A DNA stretch of 27,944 bases from Candidatus Bathyarchaeia archaeon. Lineage in GTDB: Archaea; Thermoproteota; Bathyarchaeia; Bathyarchaeales; Bathycorpusculaceae. The position numbers were made by a program, and so were the translations under genes. Positions 1 through 8,658 of the stretch are shown here, in pieces; the first letter of the stretch is position 1; every line of letters starts with the position of its first letter. Location: positions 1-27,944 of the forward strand of contig JBMFOB010000018.1 in the NCBI GenBank assembly GCA_049969855.1, written 5' to 3'. The notes beneath the pieces are model-generated. The model did not search any database. It was not told where the DNA came from and saw nothing but the letters and a program-made list of their open reading frames with translations.

Positions 1-358
1 TTCCTTCTCTTGCCAACATTCCATCTTTAACCAAATCTATTAGGGCGTGGGCTACTGCTGTTCTATCGTAGTGGAATCCGCGTTTTGCCATTTCGCTGTG
101 GACTTCGCTTAAGCCCTTAGCCGTTGCGAACCAGCCTTCTTCCCATAGTTTTTGGATTATGCCTTTGCATGTTTCTGCTCTTGGCGGTGGTGCTGCCCTT
201 TCGCTTATGATGGGCGATTCTTTTAGTTTTTCTGTTACTGTTGATAATATGCGGTCAACTGTTGCCTGCAACTGGTCTTCTTGGCATTCTATTTCGAATT
301 CTATTTCTCCTATTTTCATTTTTACTCGGATTGGTGGTTTTTGAGACGGTTCTGTCAA
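1..358 (-). CDS. Putative winged-HTH DNA-binding protein, 3' end outside window (not in ORF track)
   Basis: Manual translation from TTG at 358, preceded by SD-like GGTGG, is open to the window edge: MTEPSQKPPIRVKMKIGEIEFEIECQEDQLQATVDRIL...CKGIIQKLWEEGWFATAKGLSEVHSEMAKRGFHYDRTAVAHALIDLVKDGMLAREG. The C-terminal helix pattern ending in L..LV..G.L.R is wHTH-like. Confidence 0.75.
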   Translation of the reverse strand, partial: MTEPSQKPPIRVKMKIGEIEFEIECQEDQLQATVDRILSTVTEKLKESPIISERAAPPPRAETCKGIIQKLWEEGWFATAKGLSEVHSEMAKRGFHYDRTAVAHALIDLVKDGMLAREG

Positions 359-382
359 TTTTCCACCTTGTTGTTTATTGAA

Positions 383-415
383 TTGTGCATCTTGTTCATG
401 CACAACATTTAAATA
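383..415. promoter_or_regulatory. Inverted repeat TTGTGCAT-N7-ATGCACAA (383-405) next to a bidirectional TATA-like TTTAAATA (408-415)
   Basis: Perfect 8-bp arms in the 90-bp gap between the divergent wHTH and nurA genes. Confidence 0.6.
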
Positions 416-448
416 CATCTTCCCCAAACAATTGGCTATTGGTGAATC

Positions 449-1501
449 TTGGTGAACACGCAATACACTATAACAACAACACAGAAATATAATTTTCCAC
501 AACCAACCATGGAAACCGCTTTGCCCCAACGTCTCATACAATTAAGCCTTCAATCACTAAAAAACGTGCAAAACTTTCAACTAAACCAACAAACAATTCA
601 ACAAGGCATACACGCAATCCAATTTCTCCAACCCATACCACTAAAACCAAAACAAGAACCAATCATAGTCGCAGCAGTAGACACCTCAAGCATAAAAATC
701 GGCGAAACAAGCATAGGCATCCTAATCGCCATAAGAGGAGCAAACATTTGGAAACAAAACCGCACTTATCGCTATATCCGCTTAGGACCATTCATCCTCC
801 ACATAACAGAAGAAAACAAAAAAGAAGTATACAACACACTGCAAAACGCACTAAACCCAACAGGCGAAAACAACCAAAACCCACCAAACCTTCAACAAAT
901 GCCAACCCGCCTCGCAAGCCTCCTCGAAAGATGGCTCCAAAAAATGCTCTCAAAAACCCTAAACAATGCATTAATCCTCTTTGACGGCTCATTAACCAGC
1001 GGAACCCCAGACACACCAACAAAAACCATGAAAGAAATCTTGGAAACTGCAAGAAAAAGAGAAAACATAGTTTTAGCCTTTTCAAAAATGACGAATTTGA
1101 GGCTTAATGGACACATAATAACCGATATTTTACCAGCACATAAGCCGCCATACATACTTGAGGCTGTTGGCTTAAAGGCTAAGCCTCCAATAGTTTTGTT
1201 CGGCGACGTTTACGTTGCAAAACTATCCAAGGGCAATTACGCCTTCAGATTAGACATAGACAAAGAAACGCCATTAACGCAGAGAGTTGAGGCTGTCGAA
1301 AGGCTCTTAGGAAACGACCTCCTCGCTCAAGGGTATCCGGAAACGCTGCGGTTGGCGCATATACTCTGCACCTTCACAGCTAACGAAGTCATAGCCATGC
1401 AGCATTTTATAACGCGAAAATGCGGCGTCAAAATCATAAACAGACCAGACATGCATAAACTCTTATTCGGAATTTTCGGAAAAGGTGAGGGCAACCCATG
1501 A
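449..1501 (+). CDS. nurA: NurA-family nuclease
   Basis: AAVDTS, LFDGSL, AFSK and GYPETLRLAH motifs. ATGA overlap with the downstream HerA-like gene. The start is uncertain because the N-terminus is low-complexity. Confidence 0.85.
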   Translation: MVNTQYTITTTQKYNFPQPTMETALPQRLIQLSLQSLKNVQNFQLNQQTIQQGIHAIQFLQPIPLKPKQEPIIVAAVDTSSIKIGETSIGILIAIRGANIWKQNRTYRYIRLGPFILHITEENKKEVYNTLQNALNPTGENNQNPPNLQQMPTRLASLLERWLQKMLSKTLNNALILFDGSLTSGTPDTPTKTMKEILETARKRENIVLAFSKMTNLRLNGHIITDILPAHKPPYILEAVGLKAKPPIVLFGDVYVAKLSKGNYAFRLDIDKETPLTQRVEAVERLLGNDLLAQGYPETLRLAHILCTFTANEVIAMQHFITRKCGVKIINRPDMHKLLFGIFGKGEGNP

Positions 1502-2958
1502 AGCTGTACAAGAAAGAGGGCAACATAGTTCAAATCTTAAGCTTCCCAAACGAAAACGTGGAAAAAGGCGATTACTTGCTCATTGAGGATGCAGATGCTG
1601 GTAAGGCGTTAATTGCACAGGTTATTGACGTGCAATTCGCAAACATTCCAGGAATCCTTGAAGAACTCTTGCGCGGCTTGCCAGACGGCGGAGAACTAAT
1701 CCAAGGCGAAGATTTTGACCCACTAGAAATTGCGCCGCATATCACGTATATTCAAGACGCAAGCCTTCTCATCTGCAAGATTAGGGCTACAGTGGAGAAT
1801 GAAAGCCTAAGCCCAAGCAGTTCATGGCTTCCTTCACGCTCGCAATCGGCAATAAAGAAACTGCCAATACCGATGCTGCTTAAGCTGGCTCGGGTTGATG
1901 GAAAACTGCCAATATCATTAGGCTCCACAAAAGACTCTTCCCAACTGACAATTGACGCCACAGCTTTAGACGGAAGACTGAACATAATAACTGGAAAAAA
2001 GGAAACTGGTAAGTCGCATCTTTCAAAACTTTTGATTTCAAACCTTGTAGGATACAAAGCCACAGTTATCGTCTTTGACCTAAACGGCGAATATCTAAGC
2101 CTTGGAATGACGGCGGATGGAAAAAGAAACGCTTACTACGACAAAATTCACGTTTTAACGCCAGCACAAAACTTTAGAATAGCCCTAAAACAACTAAACC
2201 TCCACGTCCTACTGGACATTCTTATTCATGCACTTCATTTGCCTGGAACATCAGCCCGTGAATTTAGGCGCATATGGCAATCATTAAAGGAACGAGACAT
2301 GCTTAACATGCATGAGTTGGGCGAGGCTATAAGAAATTGGCATTGTAACCAGCATGTTAAAGATGCATTATTTTCACGTTATTATGCTTTGGTTAATTCT
2401 GGCTTTTTTACGGATAACGTGGCAGAAGCATCAATACTCGAAGAATGCCTATTCAAGGCGAAGGAACAAGGCGGAGCCATAATAATAAACTTGAGAAACA
2501 CTTCAATGATTGACCGCCAAATAGTCGTAGAATACCTACTGGGAAAACTTGTTGAACTTTTGACAAGCTGGAAATTGAAGGCTGTCTTCCTCTTCGCCGA
2601 AGAAGCCCACCTGTATTTGCGGGAAACCTATTGGGATGACATTGTAACGCGGATGCGCCACTTCGGCATATTCACAACTTTCATAACAAACCAGCCAGAC
2701 ACGATACGCGAAAACATTTACCGCCAAGCAGACAACATATTCCTATTCAACTTCACAAATGAGCATGATTTAGAAGTGGTTTCACGAGCAGCCCGAGTAG
2801 ACGCAGAAACAGTGAAGTCCATAGCCAAAGACTTGCCGCCCCATCACTGCCTAGTGCTGGGAAAAGTTGTTAAAGATTTTCCAATGGTTGCCAAAGTTAA
2901 AGCGTTAGACGTTAAAACAATGGGGGAAACACGCCTATTCTTCACAGACATGAATTGA
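1498..2958 (+). CDS. herA: HerA-like (DUF87) ATPase/helicase
   Basis: HAS-barrel-like N-terminus, Walker A GKKETGKS, VFDLNGEY, Walker B LFAEEAH, RMRHFG, TNQP. Coupled to nurA. Confidence 0.85.
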   Translation: MKLYKKEGNIVQILSFPNENVEKGDYLLIEDADAGKALIAQVIDVQFANIPGILEELLRGLPDGGELIQGEDFDPLEIAPHITYIQDASLLICKIRATVENESLSPSSSWLPSRSQSAIKKLPIPMLLKLARVDGKLPISLGSTKDSSQLTIDATALDGRLNIITGKKETGKSHLSKLLISNLVGYKATVIVFDLNGEYLSLGMTADGKRNAYYDKIHVLTPAQNFRIALKQLNLHVLLDILIHALHLPGTSAREFRRIWQSLKERDMLNMHELGEAIRNWHCNQHVKDALFSRYYALVNSGFFTDNVAEASILEECLFKAKEQGGAIIINLRNTSMIDRQIVVEYLLGKLVELLTSWKLKAVFLFAEEAHLYLRETYWDDIVTRMRHFGIFTTFITNQPDTIRENIYRQADNIFLFNFTNEHDLEVVSRAARVDAETVKSIAKDLPPHHCLVLGKVVKDFPMVAKVKALDVKTMGETRLFFTDMN

Positions 2959-3391
2959 ACCTTTCCAGTTTCTGCATGTTTCTTTGGATGAAGGCTCTGA
3001 AGGTTTTTGTTAAATCGTGTTTTTCCACTTCGTTTAGTGGAACCCATTTGAGTTCTTCTGCGTCGCTTGAAGCATTTAGTTTTCCGCCTTTAAGTTTGAC
3101 AAAAAAGTCTATTATGACAAAGTGATATTTGACCTCGCCATTGTCATCTCTAACCACATTGTCAACAACATCTATAAGCTCAGGCTCGCAGACTTCTAAA
3201 CCAGTTTCTTCGGCAACTTCCCTAACAACAGTCTGGTCAACGCTTTCGCCAAGCTCCACCAATCCGCCTGGAATGCTCCATTTTCCCCTTCCGGGCTCGT
3301 TTTTCCTTTTCTCAAGCAATATTTTTCCGTTTTGAATTATGACTGCGCCAACGCCTACAACTGGCTGTTTTGGATAGAGCCTCTTCACCAA
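2942..3391 (-). CDS. Nudix hydrolase (ADP-ribose pyrophosphatase-like)
   Basis: Nudix box GGLVELGESVDQTVVREVAEETGL. Confidence 0.9.
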   Translation of the reverse strand: MVKRLYPKQPVVGVGAVIIQNGKILLEKRKNEPGRGKWSIPGGLVELGESVDQTVVREVAEETGLEVCEPELIDVVDNVVRDDNGEVKYHFVIIDFFVKLKGGKLNASSDAEELKWVPLNEVEKHDLTKTFRAFIQRNMQKLERFNSCL

Positions 3392-3419
3392 GCGGGATGC
3401 CCTCGCATACTTAGTTTTG

Positions 3420-4691
3420 TCACTCGTATCTTAATGCTTCTACTGGTTTAAGTTTTGAAGCCCGCCAAGCAGGATAAATCGCAAAAATCACGCTTACAAT
3501 TATTCCGAAGGCAAAGGCGCCCAAGAAAACTGTTGGCGTTAAAACCGGAGTTATTGATATTTGCGTTGCTGCTGCGGCTGCTTGGTTTCCGCTTTGAATT
3601 CTTCCTCCAAAAATTCCAGCCCTTGCCACTATGTTTGCTAATCCCCAGCCTGAAGCTATGCCAATGGCTGAACCCAACAAGCCTATGATTATGGCTTCGC
3701 TTAAGAAAATCATAAGCACTGTCTTGTTTTTCATTCCTAAGGCTTTGAGGATGCCAATTTCACGGGTTCTTTCCATTAGGGAAACTATCATTATGTTCAT
3801 TATGCCAACTCCAGCAACTAAAAGCGATATTCCAGCAATACCAGCCAAGAAGAAATCAACATTTGAGAACACTGCTGAAATTATGTCAAGAACGGCTGTG
3901 GCTGAAGTGACAGAAACTTGATTGTTAAACTTGGCTTTTATGGCTTCAGAGACGCTGTCAATTGTTGCTTTATCATCATCCTTCAACAAAACAATAATTG
4001 TGCTACATTCATTAGTTTCAAAGAAACTTTGGGCTTGAGCAATTGGAATATAGATGCCAAGGTCTGAAGGTCCACCTATGTTGAAGCCTCCTATTTCCTT
4101 AAGAACCGCTGTTATTCGTCCAGTGTAAGTTTTGTTTTGGGGCGGGATTGTTCCGCTCCGTTTTGTCCATGTTATCTCAACAGTATCGCCAACATTAGCT
4201 ATTGTTGTTCCATTTTGCCATGGGTCACGTATTCTTGCGCCTATAACAACTGAGTCGTTTTCTGAAGTGATATTTCCTTCTGCAGCAACAAATGTGCTCT
4301 CGTAAATTGTTTCATATTTTGCGAAGTCTACGCCTACAATGTTGACTGTGAATGTTCTTCCACTTGCGTTTACGAAACATGTTTTTTGCATTATTGCCAC
4401 TGCTGCGCTTACATTTTCGCCTATTTCTTCTATTGTTTGGGTATCTGAAACAAAAAGTGGAATACTCGTATCTCCGCCGCCAAGTCCTCCCTTAGGCGAA
4501 ACTATGAGTGTTTTTGTTGCGAATCCTTTCTGAAGTTGCACTGTTATGGTGTCTTGTAAGCCTTGGCTGAAGGATAAGAGCGCCACTATGGCTGCTATGC
4601 CAATTATTACGCCGAGCGTTGTTAATGCGGCGCGGAGTTTTCGCAGTTTTATGGCGCCAAAAGCATAAGATAAAATGTCATTAACGTTCAT
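3420..4691 (-). CDS. ABC transporter permease, MacB/FtsX family
   Basis: LRAALTTLGVIIG TM1, large extracellular domain, ERTREIGILKALG, YPAWRASKLKPVEALRYE terminus. Confidence 0.92.
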   Translation of the reverse strand: MNVNDILSYAFGAIKLRKLRAALTTLGVIIGIAAIVALLSFSQGLQDTITVQLQKGFATKTLIVSPKGGLGGGDTSIPLFVSDTQTIEEIGENVSAAVAIMQKTCFVNASGRTFTVNIVGVDFAKYETIYESTFVAAEGNITSENDSVVIGARIRDPWQNGTTIANVGDTVEITWTKRSGTIPPQNKTYTGRITAVLKEIGGFNIGGPSDLGIYIPIAQAQSFFETNECSTIIVLLKDDDKATIDSVSEAIKAKFNNQVSVTSATAVLDIISAVFSNVDFFLAGIAGISLLVAGVGIMNIMIVSLMERTREIGILKALGMKNKTVLMIFLSEAIIIGLLGSAIGIASGWGLANIVARAGIFGGRIQSGNQAAAAATQISITPVLTPTVFLGAFAFGIIVSVIFAIYPAWRASKLKPVEALRYE

Positions 4692-5392
4692 TAGTTCATC
4701 ACATCCTTAACTATTAAGCCGTCAAGCATCTGCAGGGTTCTCTTTGCCTGTGAAGCTATGCGCTGGTCATGTGTGACAATTATTGTTGTTATGCCTTTTT
4801 CCTCATTCAATTTTTTAACAAGTGTTAATATTTCTCCAGCCGTTTTCGAGTCTATGTTCCCTGTGGGTTCGTCCATTAAGAGGAATTTTGGGTTATTTGC
4901 TAAGGCTCTGGCTATGGCTACACGTTGTTGTTCGCCGCCGCTTAGTTCTGCTGGTTTATGGTTCATTCTTTCTTTCAAACCAACCGTTTCGAGAAGTTCT
5001 TCAGCCCTCTTTCTTCTTTCAGATTTGCCAGAGCCAACTATAGCCATGGAAAGTTCAACATTTTCTCTTGCAGTAAGCCGTGGAATTAAATTGAAAAATT
5101 GGAAAACAAAGCCTATTCTCCGTCTCAAATCTGCAAGTTGATTGTCATTCAAAGTGGAAATGTCAATATTCTCTATGAAGATTTTTCCTTCTGTTGGCTT
5201 GTCTAATGCGCCAATCAAATTCAAAAGCGTTGACTTGCCGCTTCCAGATGGACCCAAAACTGCGAGGAATTCGCCTTCTTCAACTTTTAAGTTTATGCCT
5301 CTGAGGGCTTCGACTGGAACCTTGCCAAGCAAATAGGTTTTTCTAAGGTTAACTGCCTCAACAATTGTTGCCATGTTTTCTAATACCTTCAT
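4691..5392 (-). CDS. ABC transporter ATP-binding protein, LolD/MacB-type
   Basis: GPSGSGKST, LSGGEQQRVAIARAL, LLMDEPTGN, VTHD. Confidence 0.93.
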   Translation of the reverse strand: MKVLENMATIVEAVNLRKTYLLGKVPVEALRGINLKVEEGEFLAVLGPSGSGKSTLLNLIGALDKPTEGKIFIENIDISTLNDNQLADLRRRIGFVFQFFNLIPRLTARENVELSMAIVGSGKSERRKRAEELLETVGLKERMNHKPAELSGGEQQRVAIARALANNPKFLLMDEPTGNIDSKTAGEILTLVKKLNEEKGITTIIVTHDQRIASQAKRTLQMLDGLIVKDVMN

Positions 5393-5393
5393 T

Positions 5394-6329
5394 TTATTTG
5401 GTTAGGTATCTCCATGAAAGCACTATGCCGATTGCAGCTAAGACTATTGCAAATATGCTGAGATACGCGAAGTCAACCATTAACGCTGAAGCATCTAATG
5501 GCAGTATAGTCAACTGCCTAACAGCGTCTGTCACATAAGAGAGCGGGTTAACACGTGCTATTGCCTGCATCCAGTCCGGCATCAGAGAGATAGGGAAGAA
5601 AGTGTTGCTTGCAAACATCAACGGCATCATGATTAGGCTTATGATTTGCATTGGCCTCTCCATTCTTGTGGATCTTAAGGAGAACGCTATGAAAACGGAT
5701 GAAAGCCCTACGCCGAGTAGGAATATTGCAGCGTAAATTCCTAGCAGGTTAAGCAACGTGAAGGTTGAACTTAACTGCAACCCTAGAATGTATGCGAGTG
5801 CCAATATTATCGTCGCTTGAAACATTGCCCTCAATGTTGCGTTGAGAACTTTTGAAAATATTATTGCTCCGCGTGGCACTGGAGTGCTTAAAACTTTGTC
5901 TAGAAAGCCTAAGCGCCTATCCCAAACTATTGACATGCCGCTGAACATAGTCGTTGTCATAACAATCATGGATATCATGCCAACAGCCATATAGCTGAAA
6001 TAGTCTGCAACACCGAAAGTGCCCTGCATGATGCTTGTCCCCATGTTGGCGAACGTCTGCGCAAGCACTGTGCCATTAAGAATTACGGTTGTTCCAGGGG
6101 GAGAAAGAACAGCATTGCCTGGAATTGGTATTTGCTGGGGCAAGTTCATGTTGTTGGCTGAAAAGAGTGCGCCTATGTTCATTGATTTGCCCAAAAGACC
6201 CATCCATATTAACGGTTGAAGCACAAGCATCAAAACCATCACGGGGTCTTTTAGCCATTTTTTAAGCTCCCTAACTGTTAAAGCCCACAAACCACGAATG
6301 AGGCTTGGATGATACTCGTTTGCGCTCAT
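5394..6329 (-). CDS. ABC-2 type exporter permease (DrrB-like)
   Basis: RELKKW start, WDRRLGFLDKVLSTP, FASNTFFP...PDWMQ...NPLSY, about six TM segments. Confidence 0.9.
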   Translation of the reverse strand: MSANEYHPSLIRGLWALTVRELKKWLKDPVMVLMLVLQPLIWMGLLGKSMNIGALFSANNMNLPQQIPIPGNAVLSPPGTTVILNGTVLAQTFANMGTSIMQGTFGVADYFSYMAVGMISMIVMTTTMFSGMSIVWDRRLGFLDKVLSTPVPRGAIIFSKVLNATLRAMFQATIILALAYILGLQLSSTFTLLNLLGIYAAIFLLGVGLSSVFIAFSLRSTRMERPMQIISLIMMPLMFASNTFFPISLMPDWMQAIARVNPLSYVTDAVRQLTILPLDASALMVDFAYLSIFAIVLAAIGIVLSWRYLTK

Positions 6330-7330
6330 CCGCCTCTAGCCCTCCTAAGGGTTATCCTCTGCGCTCTAAAGGCTTCCTTGGATTCTTCAGTATCGCGCAT
6401 AGCCTTGCCAGTATACTCCAAATAAACCTCATCCAGCGTCGGCTCTGTAAGCGAAAGCTTTGTCACCGTGTAGCCCTTCTTCCGCAACGCCTCAATTATG
6501 AGCGGAGCGGTTACTTCTCCAGCCTCAGCCTTAATCCGATAGGCGCCATCTTCGTTTTTTACCTCTTTAACATTTTTAACGCCGCTGATAATTTCGCTCA
6601 CATCTACATTTTCCTTTATACCTATGGTAATTATGTCACCGCCTAAACCCTCTTTAAGCTCGCTCGGTGTTCCAGTCACAATTATTTTTCCATGATCAAT
6701 TATGGCTATGCGGTCGCATAGAGCGTCAGCTTCCTCCAAATAATGCGTCGTCATGAAAAGCGTCATGCCATACTCCTTCTTCAAACGCCTAATATAGTTC
6801 CATGTTGCAGTTCTAGTCTGCACATCCAAACCTAAAGTTGGCTCATCTAAGAAAAGCACCTTCGGCCTGTTAATAAGCCCACATGCAAGTTCAAGCCTAC
6901 GCCGCATTCCACCAGAGTAGGTTTCAACTCGCTTATCTTTGAAATTTGTCAGTTCCACAAGCTCGAGCAGTTCAAGAGCACGTTTCTTTGAGACTTCTCG
7001 CGGAATCCCATAAAGGTCTGCACATAAAATTATGTTTTCGTAACCCGTAAGATCCTCATCAGCTGTGTACTCTTGGGGCACAACACCTATGACCTTCCTA
7101 ACTTCGTTTGCTTGCTTATTAATGTCATAGCCCAAAACAGACGCTGTGCCCTCTGTTGGCTTTAACACGGTTATGAGCATATTTATGGTTGTGGTTTTTC
7201 CAGCACCGTTTGGACCCAAGAAACCGAAGATTTCGCCGTCTTTGACGCTGAAGTTCACGTGGTTCACTGCTGTTAGGGTTTTGTTGAAAACTTTTGTTAA
7301 TTCTTCAGCCTTAATTATATCGTCACTCAT
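6326..7330 (-). CDS. ABC exporter ATP-binding protein (DrrA-like)
   Basis: GPNGAGKTT, YSGGMRRRLE, LFLDEPTLGLD, TTHYLEEA, C-terminal PTLDEVYLEYTG. Confidence 0.92.
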   Translation of the reverse strand: MSDDIIKAEELTKVFNKTLTAVNHVNFSVKDGEIFGFLGPNGAGKTTTINMLITVLKPTEGTASVLGYDINKQANEVRKVIGVVPQEYTADEDLTGYENIILCADLYGIPREVSKKRALELLELVELTNFKDKRVETYSGGMRRRLELACGLINRPKVLFLDEPTLGLDVQTRTATWNYIRRLKKEYGMTLFMTTHYLEEADALCDRIAIIDHGKIIVTGTPSELKEGLGGDIITIGIKENVDVSEIISGVKNVKEVKNEDGAYRIKAEAGEVTAPLIIEALRKKGYTVTKLSLTEPTLDEVYLEYTGKAMRDTEESKEAFRAQRITLRRARGG

Positions 7331-7336
7331 AATGGC

Positions 7337-7870
7337 TTACTCTCCAAACTTTTTGTTTATCTCCTCAAGCTTATCAGCAGTCTCATCTAAAACTTTCTGA
7401 ACTTCCTCAATTACCTGCTCAGAGAAATGTTCTTGTAGGCTGCCTGCAAGCTCAAAGAATGCGCAAACAACCCTGTTCATGGATTCTCGAAGTTTAACAG
7501 TTTTTTCAGGCGGTATTCTAAACCATAAAGCTCCCAAGAAGGGTGGAGGCAGAAATTTGGCTTCCTTCTTTATTTTTCTTCCTTCTTCAAGAAGGGTTTT
7601 ACCCTTATCAGTTAACGTATAACGTTTCATTCCACCATCTTCAGCAACAATTTCCTTAACATAACCATTATCCTGCAACCACGCTAATAGAGGATAGACT
7701 GAGCCTGGACTTGGCTTCCACCTTCCGTTTGTTCGCTTTTCAATTTCATCTATAATTTCCGAACCCGACATGGGTTTCTCGTTTAACAACTCAAGCACAT
7801 TTTGCCTTAGGAATCCTTTTGGCACAAGGGCTGTGTGTCTCGTCCAATGTCTTCTGAAGGGAAACATCAT
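7337..7870 (-). CDS. PadR-family transcriptional regulator
   Basis: PMSGSEII...WKPSPGSVYPLLAWL...YTLTDKG. First gene of the exporter operon. Confidence 0.9.
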   Translation of the reverse strand: MMFPFRRHWTRHTALVPKGFLRQNVLELLNEKPMSGSEIIDEIEKRTNGRWKPSPGSVYPLLAWLQDNGYVKEIVAEDGGMKRYTLTDKGKTLLEEGRKIKKEAKFLPPPFLGALWFRIPPEKTVKLRESMNRVVCAFFELAGSLQEHFSEQVIEEVQKVLDETADKLEEINKKFGE

Positions 7871-7915
7871 ATCACCATTGATATCAACAGCGATATCAAC
7901 ACTGATATTTAAATC
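7868..7915 (-). promoter_or_regulatory. padR operon promoter: TATA TTTAAATA (7906-7913) with four imperfect 12-bp tandem repeats running into the start codon
   Basis: + strand units CATATCACCATT / GATATCAACAGC / GATATCAACACT / GATATTTAAATC. Confidence 0.6.
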
Positions 7916-7932
7916 TTTTCACAAAACAATAG

Positions 7933-7953
7933 AGTATACGGTATACTTATATA
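7933..7953 (+). promoter_or_regulatory. Candidate vapBC operator AGTATAC-G-GTATACT (7933-7947) abutting TATA TTATATA
   Basis: Perfect 7-bp inverted repeat about 36 bp upstream of the antitoxin ATG. Confidence 0.55.
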
Positions 7954-7983
7954 CCTGCATTCCTCACTATTTTCTGAACAAAC

Positions 7984-8217
7984 ATGCCAAAAACTAAAGT
8001 CACAAACAAATTCCAACTCACTATTCCCAAGGAGGTTCGTGAAAAAGTTGGAGTTGAACCTGGAGAAATTGTCAACGTAGAAAGCATTAGCGAGGAAGAA
8101 ATTGTTATTAGAAGATTTCGGAAGGTGAAAGAACCGCTGAAAGTGTTAATTGGCAAAACCGCCCTGCGTCGTCATGTACCTCCAGAAGAGTTTGAAGGGA
8201 AGGCTGAAACGAGGTAA
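7984..8217 (+). CDS. vapB: AbrB/MazE-type antitoxin (VapB)
   Basis: KVTNKFQLTIPKEVREKVGVEPGE swapped-hairpin motif, directly upstream of a PIN gene. Confidence 0.88.
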   Translation: MPKTKVTNKFQLTIPKEVREKVGVEPGEIVNVESISEEEIVIRRFRKVKEPLKVLIGKTALRRHVPPEEFEGKAETR

Positions 8218-8221
8218 AAAT

Positions 8222-8638
8222 TTGGCAGTTTACATTGACAGCAACGTTTTCTTTTATGCAAAAATTCTGGATCGCCAATATGGTGGAGCATGCGCTGAAA
8301 TTTTGAATAAAATAGAGAAAGACGAGCTAAGGGCTGCTACGTCAACTTTGGTTATAGTTGAATTAGCGAATGCCTTGAGTAAATATGGGCTAAGTGATGA
8401 AGTGAAGGATGTTGTTGACGCAATTTTTTCTTTGAATATGAGCATTTTTGAAGTTGACCCATTAGATGTAAGAACCGCCGCTAATGTTTATGACGAATTT
8501 AGAATAAGCCCATACGATTGCGTTCATATAGCAATTATGAAGAGAGCGAGTATTAGAGAGATTATCTCCGCAGACAAAGATTTTGACAAAATAACTTGGA
8601 TAAGACGATTGGATCCCAAAAATTTTAAGATTAAGTGA
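8222..8638 (+). CDS. vapC: PIN-domain toxin (VapC)
   Basis: VYIDSNVF, VIVE, YDCVHIA, IISADKDFD. Start moved from 8150 to TTG 8222, which follows SD GAGGT at 8211-8215. Confidence 0.88.
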   Translation: MAVYIDSNVFFYAKILDRQYGGACAEILNKIEKDELRAATSTLVIVELANALSKYGLSDEVKDVVDAIFSLNMSIFEVDPLDVRTAANVYDEFRISPYDCVHIAIMKRASIREIISADKDFDKITWIRRLDPKNFKIK

Positions 8639-8658
8639 ACATTCCATTAATCTGCAAT

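Noticed and set aside
159-344. 61-aa plus-strand ORF
   Set aside because: Antisense shadow of the minus-strand wHTH gene (1-358), which has an SD and a protein-like sequence.
7868-7915. Mini CRISPR array
   Set aside because: 12-bp tandem units without spacers and no cas genes. Better explained as an operator. No CRISPR array seen anywhere in the window.
8150-8221. N-terminal extension of VapC overlapping vapB
   Set aside because: The PIN fold begins at AVYIDSN and TTG 8222 has a well-placed SD.
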